From: an uncultured Bacteroidales bacterium | GTDB taxonomy: Bacteria; Bacteroidota; Bacteroidia; Bacteroidales; GCA-2748055 | Assembly (NCBI GenBank): GCA_963751705.1 | Contig: CAVVVN010000001.1 | Span: forward strand, 493,329-557,328 | Direction: 5' to 3' | DNA length: 64,000 nt | Part shown: one piece after another, positions 17,110 through 25,365 of the stretch | How positions within the stretch are numbered: the stretch's first letter is position 1 | Layout of the letters: each line of letters begins with the position of its first letter | The notes under the pieces: model-generated | Told to the model about the DNA's origin: nothing | Seen by the model: only the letters and a program-made list of their open reading frames with translations | Database searches by the model: none | Made by a program: the position numbers and the translations under genes

Positions 17110-18405
17110 ATGAATATTGGAATTATCATCGGGCGGATCGGTGGGGTGGACGGTGTGGCACTGGAATCCGAAAAGTGGATCGAGGTTCTCAGGGCTATGG
17201 GCCACCGGGTCTATACTCTTTCCGGCCAATTTCAGGAGCGCCCCATGGACCCCGCTACAGAAAACCTGGTTCCTGAAATGTCTTTTTTCTCCCCCGAGAG
17301 TTTCTGGAGCCAGAAAAAAGCATTTTTCTACCCGGAAACTACTCCTGAAGAGCTTATCGAGCACCTGAATCTCTATTCTAAGGTGATCTACAAAAAGATC
17401 ATGCACTGGATCCAGGAACGCCAAATCGAATTGCTGATCTCGGAAAACGCTTCTGCTCTCCCCTCTCATCTGGAAATGGGAATGGCCATCAATAAGGCGG
17501 TACATAAAACCGGGATACCCACCATCACCCATGATCATGATTTTGCCTGGGAACGCGGAGACCGGTATCTGTCTCCTCATAAGGAGATCAATGAGTTTGT
17601 TTCTGAGGTTTTTCCGCTCAGGGCACCTAATTCGGTGCATGCCGTAATTAATAGTCATGCGGCTTTGACTTTAAAGGAGCGATTTGGGCGTGAGGCGATA
17701 ATGGTTCCCAATGTGATGGATTTCGACCAGCCATTCGGCCTGCATACAGAGAAAAATGAGGCCCTGGCCGAACATATGGGGTTTCAGAAAACAGATCTTT
17801 TCCTCTTTCAGATTACCCGCATTGTCAGGCGAAAAGGGATCGAGTCTGCCATACGCTTAATTCACGAACTTGACGATACAAAGATAAAACTGATTATTAC
17901 CGGCAATTACGCAGATGATGCCGGAAGCGCCTATTACAATGAGCTGGTCAACCTGATACATGACCTTAAGCTGAGTGAACAGATTCGTTTTGCCTACCAT
18001 CTTTTTCATAACAAAGGGCTCTCTAACGGCAACGGAGAGGTGCGTTTTTCACTGTCGGATGCTTATGCCAAGGCTACGGCATGTACCTATTTCAGTACCT
18101 ATGAGGGCTTCGGTAATGCCTTTGTAGAAGCGGTTCTGGCCAGGAGACCCATTTTCGTTAACAATTACGTGCCGGTATATATGCCGGATATCGGCAGTAA
18201 GGGATTTAAAACTGTCATGATTGAAAATGGAGAGCTTACCGGCAAAGCGTTAAGCGAAATGGCCGAAATCATCTATAATCCAAAACTGGCTGCTGAAATC
18301 GCCGAGTTTAATTTTAAGCTGGGTAAGAAGGAATTTAGTTTTGATACCCTCAGGGAAAAACTGGATCAGTTAATTGGCAAGGCCCTGAAAGCGGCCGGAC
18401 GCTAA
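17110..18405 (+). CDS. GT-B fold retaining glycosyltransferase (GT4-like, EX7E motif)
   Basis: GRIGGVDGVALESEKW N-terminal motif and EGFGNAFVEA (E-x7-E). It is paralogous to the N-terminal module of the 19532-23689 product. Confidence 0.78.
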   Translation: MNIGIIIGRIGGVDGVALESEKWIEVLRAMGHRVYTLSGQFQERPMDPATENLVPEMSFFSPESFWSQKKAFFYPETTPEELIEHLNLYSKVIYKKIMHWIQERQIELLISENASALPSHLEMGMAINKAVHKTGIPTITHDHDFAWERGDRYLSPHKEINEFVSEVFPLRAPNSVHAVINSHAALTLKERFGREAIMVPNVMDFDQPFGLHTEKNEALAEHMGFQKTDLFLFQITRIVRRKGIESAIRLIHELDDTKIKLIITGNYADDAGSAYYNELVNLIHDLKLSEQIRFAYHLFHNKGLSNGNGEVRFSLSDAYAKATACTYFSTYEGFGNAFVEAVLARRPIFVNNYVPVYMPDIGSKGFKTVMIENGELTGKALSEMAEIIYNPKLAAEIAEFNFKLGKKEFSFDTLREKLDQLIGKALKAAGR

Positions 18406-19529
18406 TCCATAAACAGGGCCCTCAACACTTGATCTGTAATCAGCCACTGTGCCGGATCAATGGCAAGCTTTCCGTCTATGCGGACCAAACTACCAGATCC
18501 GAGAAAGGTCCGGGCCTGATTCTCAAAATGTACCCGATACTCTTTACCGAAAGCTTTTTCTATATGGCCGGGATCCGCACCCCATTTGGTTCTCAGCGAG
18601 GTGATCAGATAGTCGTGGTATTTTTCCTGCCTGGAAAGAAGCTCCGTTTCTTCTATATTTTTTCCGGAAGACACACGATCCATATAGTCTTTCAGGGAAG
18701 AGATATTCCAGCTTCGTCGCTCTCCATCGTAGGAGTGAGCTGAAGGTCCGAGCCCCAGGTAGGCTTGGCCCGTCCAGTATAGCATATTGTGTTTCGAGAA
18801 ACTTCCATTGAGCCCAAAATTGGATAGTTCATAGTGATCAAATCCGCGCGTAAGCAGCCTTTCCCGCATGATTCTGAATTGTTCAACGCTCTCTTCTTCA
18901 GCCACCGGTACCAATCTCCCCTTCTTTCTCCAGTGATCAAACACGGTTCCGGGTTCAAAGCTCAGGTGATAGGCAGAAAGATGGTTCACGGGTAAAGAAA
19001 GCGCTTTTTCAATATTCAGTTCCCACTCCTCCACGGACTGTCCGGGAATTCCATAGATCAGATCCATGGTCAGATTATCAAAGCCGCAATCTGCTGCCCG
19101 CATTATTCCCTCTTCGGCCTGTCCCGCCTGATGAGACCGGCGCATGAGTTCCAGATCTCTTTGGTGAAAAGATTGTACCCCCACACTCAAGCGGTTAAAG
19201 CCCATTTGGCGTAGTATCTTTAAAGCAGCCTCCTCCAGGTCCTCCGGATTACACTCTATGGTCCATTCGGAATCCTCCCGGAAGTTGTGGTACCTGCCAA
19301 TTGCATCCAATATTTTTTCCAGGTGGAGGGGAGATAGAAGGGACGGGGTTCCTCCTCCCAGATAGAGTGTCTCCAGGTTCTTGCCTGGATTTTTTTCTCC
19401 CTTCTGCCTGATCTCCTCCACCAGTGCATCCACAAAGCTATCCATGTACTGCAAGCTGACTGCAAAGAAAAAGTCGCAATATCTGCAGGCCTTTCTGCAA
19501 AACGGGATATGCACATATATGCCAGACAT
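18402..19529 (-). CDS. hemW: radical SAM heme chaperone HemW (HemN-like, oxygen-independent coproporphyrinogen oxidase family)
   Basis: IPFCRKACRYCDF (CxxxCxxC), GGGTPS, and a C-terminal HemN_C-like region. Confidence 0.88.
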   Translation of the reverse strand: MSGIYVHIPFCRKACRYCDFFFAVSLQYMDSFVDALVEEIRQKGEKNPGKNLETLYLGGGTPSLLSPLHLEKILDAIGRYHNFREDSEWTIECNPEDLEEAALKILRQMGFNRLSVGVQSFHQRDLELMRRSHQAGQAEEGIMRAADCGFDNLTMDLIYGIPGQSVEEWELNIEKALSLPVNHLSAYHLSFEPGTVFDHWRKKGRLVPVAEEESVEQFRIMRERLLTRGFDHYELSNFGLNGSFSKHNMLYWTGQAYLGLGPSAHSYDGERRSWNISSLKDYMDRVSSGKNIEETELLSRQEKYHDYLITSLRTKWGADPGHIEKAFGKEYRVHFENQARTFLGSGSLVRIDGKLAIDPAQWLITDQVLRALFMD

Positions 19530-19531
19530 CT

Positions 19532-22500
19532 TTACTCCATGGTAAATCCGATAATAGCGCTGGAAACAGCTCTGGGCTCCGGGGGCAGGGCGTAAACATC
19601 CTGCTCATAATTGCGGTTATAGGGGGAAATATTCAGCGTGGAAGAGCCCACTACCAGGGTGCTGCTGCCACCAGGATCAAAGCCCATGGCTTTCTCCATG
19701 CCATGTTTCAGGAGAATCTCAGCCATATCGTGGTGCGTGGCTCCCACCGATTCCCTGATTCTTCCGTTTACGGTCAGAACGGCCAGTTCATTTCTCTGGT
19801 TGATCCCCACCGCAATTTTTGGTCCGCGCATATTTGTATAATCCAGCCTGGCAGCCTGTGTGCGAATGGAGTTGGGACTATTCCACCCCTCCAGCTCCAT
19901 ATCAATGATGCATTTGCCCTTGTCCAGTAATAAAGGTCCCGCTTCCACCGCATGCCTCACCCCTTCCAGGCCCGGAATCTCCAGTTCCAGTATTTCTCCA
20001 GGTTTCAGGCCCACGGGAAGCTCAGATGGATGCAGGACCAGGGTCAGTCCCACGGGAATAAGAGGAACCCGCTCCCCCTTCCGGGTAAGAACAATCTCCT
20101 TGACCACATTCCCGGAGAGGCGTATAAGAGCTCTTCCGTTTCCCTCGATCATCTCCTCCGGATAGAGGAGGTCAAAGTAGGCCCGGGCAGTATGTTTTCC
20201 TGTGGGATTATACTCCCTGCTTTGGAAGACAATATCCCTCCCTTTCCAGGAAACCTTTAGCCCCTCCTTACAATTAACCCGCCGGATATCCATGGAGCCA
20301 TCTTCAAAAATCAATAGAGCTGGTTTATTAAAAAGGGGGGGCGCTGTCTTGTTTCCCTCTGTAATAAGCAAACCCAGGGGAGAGCCGATATAGGTTTCGG
20401 GTAATCCAAGTTTTCCAACCAGTTCAGGATTCAAAATATAACCGCCGTTCCAGGCGATCCTGGCAGTATGGCCGGTCTTTTTCTTAAAGGCCTGAACTAA
20501 CTGTCCGACCGTCCGGGGTTTGCCCCCTGAAGAAACCGCCTGAAAGTCCCAACGCTGCTCCTTGAAATTCAGGATGGCCAGGGCTCCATTATAGGGCAGG
20601 CCATCGGAGAAGAGTCCGCTAATGTATCCATAGCTTACTGCCTCTTCCTGAGACTCTGCTTGCTCCATTTTCGTAAGTACATGCCTCAGGGGGCTACCCT
20701 TGTGAATCGCATCTTCTTTTATGGCCGCTAAAACCTTCTCCTCTCCCAGATTTTTTACCAGTTTTTTATATAACTCACTATTCATTCCCCGATCAAAATC
20801 TTTCGCGGTTTGAACGGGAGCCGGATAGGATAGGGTGGCCCTAACCCCGGCCGGCACAAATTGAATATACCCGCTTGATAGGGGGATACCCATCATATGG
20901 GCCTTGATTTCATTGGCCACCTTTCCAATATGAAAACGATCCATGTCAACCAGGTCGGTCATCATGCTGGCATTACTGCGATTGGACAGCAAATATCCCT
21001 TTTGATCCCTCACCTTTCGCAGGACCTTCAGCGCCCTGTTGCCCAGCTGCGGGAAATGTATTCCCACGCATAGCTGTTTGGTTCGAATAATCTGGATCAC
21101 TTTAAATTCATAAAGCAGTCTTAACTCTTCCGATTCTCCGGTAATGATATAATCGGTGATTTCATCCTTATTCAGCTGTTTTCCCAGATTCTTTTCCTGT
21201 GCAAAAATATAGACCACTTGTAAAGTTGACGCTTTCTCCTCCAGCATCTCCCTGGTAATACTCTCCTCCATGGGAAGGTTCATTCTGGATCGGATCGACT
21301 GAAGAGCAAAGAACTCCAATTCATACATGATGTAGGCCCCCGGAAAATAGGCGATGGGTCGGTTTTGCCTGAGCCACTCTATTAAGCGCTTTCTGTTATC
21401 AATGGCCAGGTAGGAGCTGCCGGTCAACTGCATCAGGGCCAGGTTCCAGTCGGTGAAAAACGGAGGACTCAGGTCTACTTTATTGAGGGGGGCCGGCTGC
21501 ACGATCCTTATATATAGCAGGTTGATTAAGCCTGTTAGCTCCTGGAAAGTATAGTCCTGGTAGGGATAGTGGTAGTTGTTTCGGTGCCGGTAAGACAAGG
21601 AATGATCATGCTGTATGGAGCGGCTTCCCTCTCTGTATTCAAAAAGTGTCTCCACCGCATTGAAAAACTGGTTGAAAAACTTTTCTGGAATATATTCTGA
21701 ATCGGGATCATTGCTTATGATGGTACGCGAAAAATGCAAAGCCATTCCCCGGATCCGTTGTTGCTCCACTCTGAAAAAGCTGGGATCAATCAAAGACTTC
21801 AACATAAACATAAATCTTAGTTGCGCGTAGCCTGGAAGATATTGACGGGTTGTGGTGTCCATCAAAGCCTCCAGGTGCTCACTCCTGAAACCGACCATCT
21901 CTCGGTAATCATCCAGGCTTTCGCAAACATATCTCAGGGTTTTTTCATTTCCGCGAAGCTGCTCATAAAGACGGTGCAATATCTGGTGCAGATTATTATT
22001 AAGCGCTTCCAGGCTATAACGCTTCAGCACCACCCGCTGATTGTGCCTGATTTCATCCATATACCGGTGTGGGAAAAAGATTCGGTCGATGATCCTTTGT
22101 ACCATCCCCACAGATATACGTTTCCCTTTAAATTCCAGCACCATCAAACGATCCCGCTCGTCCAGGTGTTCTCCGATCACATCCGAATATACTTTCTCTG
22201 GTTCATATCTTCTGCAAAAAATTGGCGTACCGCAGGCTGTAGCTTCAATAATGGGCAATCCGCGCCCTTCTGTTTTACTGGGCAATAATACCAGAGAAGA
22301 AACATTATACAACTCCGAAATCCCCATGGGTGTGTCAAATCTCTCCCTAAATGAATCCCGGTCTATCTCGCCGAATAGCAGGGCAAGGTATACCCGCTTT
22401 CTTAATTCAGGTTCCACTTCCTCCAGAAGATCTTTGAATCTTTTGACCAGTTTTTTATAATAAGCATAATGCCCGGCTGCAATGGGTCCCGTGATAAGCA

Positions 22501-23689
22501 GGGTCATCTTTAAATGAGAAGTTTTACGGAAGCGCAGCTTCATTTCTTCCTCCTGGAACATTTTGAGCAGAAGATTAAAGGAGGCCTCGATCTTTTTTCT
22601 GGATATGATTCTCGTGGGCTGCAGCAGAAGGATATTTTCGTCGATAAAACGCTCCACCCCTGCTGTGCGCTCGCCTATCAGAATAGGTCTCTGGTTGCTC
22701 TCTGCCACCAGTTCACCCGACAGGACATCCTCCACCGAATAGCTGACCAGTTTGTCAGCATATCTCGCCAGCATCTGCTCCAGCTGAAGAAAGGTGTTGA
22801 TGTTTTTCCGCTTATCTGCTTTGGTATAAAGTGTGGTATCCACTGCAGTGCCTATTTCCATGACATTGGCCGGATTATGGCCATTAAGACGGATCAGGTG
22901 CTCTTTTTGTCCCCGGTTTATATTTACATTGATCCAGGCCCGGGATTGCCAGGGATAAAGGATTTCCAAAAGGGAAAACACTTCTCCCAGGTGGCAATTG
23001 GTAAAGAAGAAATCCCTTGGGCCCGCTTTACCTCCCGCCCTCTCCCTGTCCAGGGGGCACATACCATCCTCCCAGTAGAAATCATGATTATTGTTGATTG
23101 CGGGTATCTTCAGGAATTCGGATAAGAGCACCAGGGCAAGCGCATAGGCCACATTCCCCGGATTAGAACAAACATTGATTATATAGAAAAGGTTTATTCC
23201 CTCTTCCTCTATGTAATTGCCCAGTTCCTCCACAATGCCCAGCGTCTGTTTCCAGAGCTTCCGGATAAGTTCGTTATAGACAGGGCCCCCTCTTTCGAGC
23301 CTGCTGAAGTAGAAGTCCCGGTAGAGTTCCCATTGGTTAAACCCGGCCAGATCGGGAATTACCTTTTGTCTGATGTCCTTTTGGATAAATGGGGCTGTTT
23401 TCGAATGGATCTCCCCGGCAATGTAGTGAATGGGGATTCCGGGGATATTACGTCTCATTAATGCGGCATATTTATCCACTTCAATGGTCACCCCATCTAC
23501 CATATAATGAAATGTGAGGAAGGCCACTCCCCCTGTTCTAAGCCTTTCCTTGTATTCCTCGTATGTGCCTTCCTGCTGAATGGATGGATAGTCCCGTTCT
23601 TCCCTGAATCTGTCCAGAAAAAGCCCCAGGTCGAACCAGGTTTCGATTTTTTCTCTATTTAGTACAGCCAATAATTCAGCTACTTTCAT
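19532..23689 (-). CDS. 1385-aa multidomain protein: GT4-like glycosyltransferase + unassigned central module + phosphodiester glycosidase (NAGPA/DUF2233-like) domain
   Basis: N-terminal motifs VDGVTIEVDKY, NNNHDFYWEDG, QPTRIISRKKIE and EGRGLPIIEA (EX7E). C-terminal motifs AWNGGYIL, GPKIAVGINQRNELAVLTVNGR and GFDPGGSSTLVV. No signal peptide or TM segment seen. Confidence 0.7.
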   Translation of the reverse strand: MKVAELLAVLNREKIETWFDLGLFLDRFREERDYPSIQQEGTYEEYKERLRTGGVAFLTFHYMVDGVTIEVDKYAALMRRNIPGIPIHYIAGEIHSKTAPFIQKDIRQKVIPDLAGFNQWELYRDFYFSRLERGGPVYNELIRKLWKQTLGIVEELGNYIEEEGINLFYIINVCSNPGNVAYALALVLLSEFLKIPAINNNHDFYWEDGMCPLDRERAGGKAGPRDFFFTNCHLGEVFSLLEILYPWQSRAWINVNINRGQKEHLIRLNGHNPANVMEIGTAVDTTLYTKADKRKNINTFLQLEQMLARYADKLVSYSVEDVLSGELVAESNQRPILIGERTAGVERFIDENILLLQPTRIISRKKIEASFNLLLKMFQEEEMKLRFRKTSHLKMTLLITGPIAAGHYAYYKKLVKRFKDLLEEVEPELRKRVYLALLFGEIDRDSFRERFDTPMGISELYNVSSLVLLPSKTEGRGLPIIEATACGTPIFCRRYEPEKVYSDVIGEHLDERDRLMVLEFKGKRISVGMVQRIIDRIFFPHRYMDEIRHNQRVVLKRYSLEALNNNLHQILHRLYEQLRGNEKTLRYVCESLDDYREMVGFRSEHLEALMDTTTRQYLPGYAQLRFMFMLKSLIDPSFFRVEQQRIRGMALHFSRTIISNDPDSEYIPEKFFNQFFNAVETLFEYREGSRSIQHDHSLSYRHRNNYHYPYQDYTFQELTGLINLLYIRIVQPAPLNKVDLSPPFFTDWNLALMQLTGSSYLAIDNRKRLIEWLRQNRPIAYFPGAYIMYELEFFALQSIRSRMNLPMEESITREMLEEKASTLQVVYIFAQEKNLGKQLNKDEITDYIITGESEELRLLYEFKVIQIIRTKQLCVGIHFPQLGNRALKVLRKVRDQKGYLLSNRSNASMMTDLVDMDRFHIGKVANEIKAHMMGIPLSSGYIQFVPAGVRATLSYPAPVQTAKDFDRGMNSELYKKLVKNLGEEKVLAAIKEDAIHKGSPLRHVLTKMEQAESQEEAVSYGYISGLFSDGLPYNGALAILNFKEQRWDFQAVSSGGKPRTVGQLVQAFKKKTGHTARIAWNGGYILNPELVGKLGLPETYIGSPLGLLITEGNKTAPPLFNKPALLIFEDGSMDIRRVNCKEGLKVSWKGRDIVFQSREYNPTGKHTARAYFDLLYPEEMIEGNGRALIRLSGNVVKEIVLTRKGERVPLIPVGLTLVLHPSELPVGLKPGEILELEIPGLEGVRHAVEAGPLLLDKGKCIIDMELEGWNSPNSIRTQAARLDYTNMRGPKIAVGINQRNELAVLTVNGRIRESVGATHHDMAEILLKHGMEKAMGFDPGGSSTLVVGSSTLNISPYNRNYEQDVYALPPEPRAVSSAIIGFTME

Positions 23690-23705
23690 TACAAAATAAT
23701 TATCA

Positions 23706-23713
23706 TATTTTTG
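23706..23713 (+). promoter_or_regulatory. -7 box TATTTTTG upstream of the VanZ-like gene
   Basis: Matches TAnnTTTG, 24 nt upstream of ATG 23738. Confidence 0.35.
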
Positions 23714-23737
23714 TAAGCCTGTCTAAGCCCTGCCGAT

Positions 23738-24130
23738 ATGCTAAGGTACGTGTTCCAGTATAAATTTTCCATCCTTCTGGCCATTCTGATTGCTTTGTTG
23801 AGCCTGATACCCGGCAGCAGTATGCCTGGCAGCTCCCTGTTTTCCATTCCCCACTTTGATAAAATAGCTCATTTTTCCATGTATGCCCCTTTCGGCTTTA
23901 TCGCCTTGATGGAGAATCGATGCAAGACACAATGCTTTAGATATCACCTGTTTATTGTTGCAAGTGTCTTTTTGCTCAGCGCTTTAATTGAAATCCTGCA
24001 GGCAACGGTCACGACGGCCCGGGAGGCGGAATGGACCGATCTGCTGGCCAACTTTGGCGGCTTAATTGCGGGTTATCTGGCATACAGGCTTTTAGGCGGA
24101 TACAGGTTGTTTCGCTTCCTTAAATCCTGA
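23738..24130 (+). CDS. VanZ-family membrane protein
   Basis: Four TM-like segments and the FDKIAHFSMYAPFG motif. Confidence 0.7.
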   Translation: MLRYVFQYKFSILLAILIALLSLIPGSSMPGSSLFSIPHFDKIAHFSMYAPFGFIALMENRCKTQCFRYHLFIVASVFLLSALIEILQATVTTAREAEWTDLLANFGGLIAGYLAYRLLGGYRLFRFLKS

Positions 24131-24551
24131 TCTTTTCGTTTCCTTCCCTGAATTCCGACACCAGATCGGCTATGGTTTCTGTTGTGTACAGCGTTTTAAT
24201 CCCGCTTCTGAGTTTTGCCAGTTTCTTGTGCATGCTGCAGGGGTGGTCCGGATCACAGGGGGTGGTCCGGATCACGCAGGTATTAAATGGCTCTTTACCT
24301 TCCATGAGCTCTATAATCTCCATAAGAGAGATATCCATGGCTGGCTTTCTGAGACAAAAGCCCCCATGGGGGCCCTTCGTAGAATCAAGTATTTGCTGTT
24401 TTACCAGACCCTGCAGGATCTTTCCCAGAAAAGGTGGCGGAATGCCAAGTTCGCTTGCTATGCTTTTTATGCCCTCCTTTTTGTCGGGAGAGGAATAGAG
24501 TTCCAGGTAAATTAAAGCCCTGATGGCATATTTACTTGTATTGGATATCAT
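24120..24551 (-). CDS. Rrf2-family transcriptional regulator with three-Cys cluster motif
   Basis: SKYAIRALIYL wHTH start and C-x6-C-x5-C (NTCVIRTTPCDPDHPCSMH). ATGA overlap with rpiB. Confidence 0.88.
   Translation of the reverse strand: MISNTSKYAIRALIYLELYSSPDKKEGIKSIASELGIPPPFLGKILQGLVKQQILDSTKGPHGGFCLRKPAMDISLMEIIELMEGKEPFNTCVIRTTPCDPDHPCSMHKKLAKLRSGIKTLYTTETIADLVSEFREGNEKIRI
24240..24275. repeat. 17-nt perfect direct repeat, 19-nt period, inside the Rrf2 CDS
   Basis: GGGGTGGTCCGGATCAC occurs at 24240-24256 and again at 24259-24275, separated by AG. Confidence 0.95.
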
Positions 24552-24994
24552 CTTTCATTTTTGATCGGGATCTTGCTAATTCGGATATCGTGCCGCCCTC
24601 CCTCATACTCCGTGTTAAGAAAGGCATCTAAAATTTCTTTGGCCGTTTCCAGGTCAATGTATCTGGCTGGCAGAGAGCAAATGTTTGCATCGTTATGTAA
24701 TCTGGCCATCCTTGATATTTCCTTGTTCCAGCAAAGGGCCCCTCGAATTCCCTGATGCTTATTGGTAACCATGTTGATCCCGTTTCCGCTTCCGCAAAGA
24801 GAAATGCCCATATGAAACCTCCCCGATTCGACCGCCTCAGCCAGGGGATGTCCGAAATCCGGATAATTAACCGCTTCCGCGGAATCTGTTCCAAAATCAC
24901 TTACCACGTATCCTTTATCTTCCAGATACTTTATCAGGGCAACTTTCATATGGTATCCTGCATGATCCGATGCAATGGCCAGGGTTTCTTTCAT
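24548..24994 (-). CDS. rpiB: ribose-5-phosphate isomerase B
   Basis: IASDHAGY, SLCGSGNGI and NDANICSLPAR motifs; 148 aa. Confidence 0.92.
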   Translation of the reverse strand: MKETLAIASDHAGYHMKVALIKYLEDKGYVVSDFGTDSAEAVNYPDFGHPLAEAVESGRFHMGISLCGSGNGINMVTNKHQGIRGALCWNKEISRMARLHNDANICSLPARYIDLETAKEILDAFLNTEYEGGRHDIRISKIPIKNER

Positions 24995-25365
24995 TATTCT
25001 TTCTTTTTAACAATCCGTATGTTCATTTGTTGTTCATTTATTTTAAAAAACAGCTTTCTCCTAGGACTCCCTGTCCGAACCCGTTAATTAAGCTAACTTT
25101 ACCATGAATGATAAACAAATTTTCAACATCCGCCGGGTGCATTCTTCAGATATAGTTATTAAAACAAAGTGTTTTCAACAACTGTTAAATTTATTTGCAA
25201 CATGCCTGTTTTCAAAACTTAACAAATATCCTGGTTGTTAATAGAGTGTGTTAAAACATTCATCAATGGAATATGCAAAGATACTTTCTGTTTTTTTAAA
25301 ACAGAATTAACCGCCTATCATCATTATTAGATAGATTTATTATTTAATATGATAATATATATATT

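Noticed and set aside
16750-17658. 302-aa minus-strand ORF spanning the junction of the coiled-coil gene and the GT gene.
   Set aside because: It would have to overlap two well-supported plus-strand genes. It has no motifs, and its length is explained by the lack of stop codons opposite G/A-rich codons.
25104-25241. 45-aa ORF (MNDKQIFNIRRVHSSDIVIKTKCFQQLLNLFATCLFSKLNKYPGC) in the rpiB-nadA spacer.
   Set aside because: It has no promoter box, no hydrophobic or other recognisable character, and overlaps the TTTTCAA repeats, which look regulatory. It is not supportable as a gene from sequence alone.
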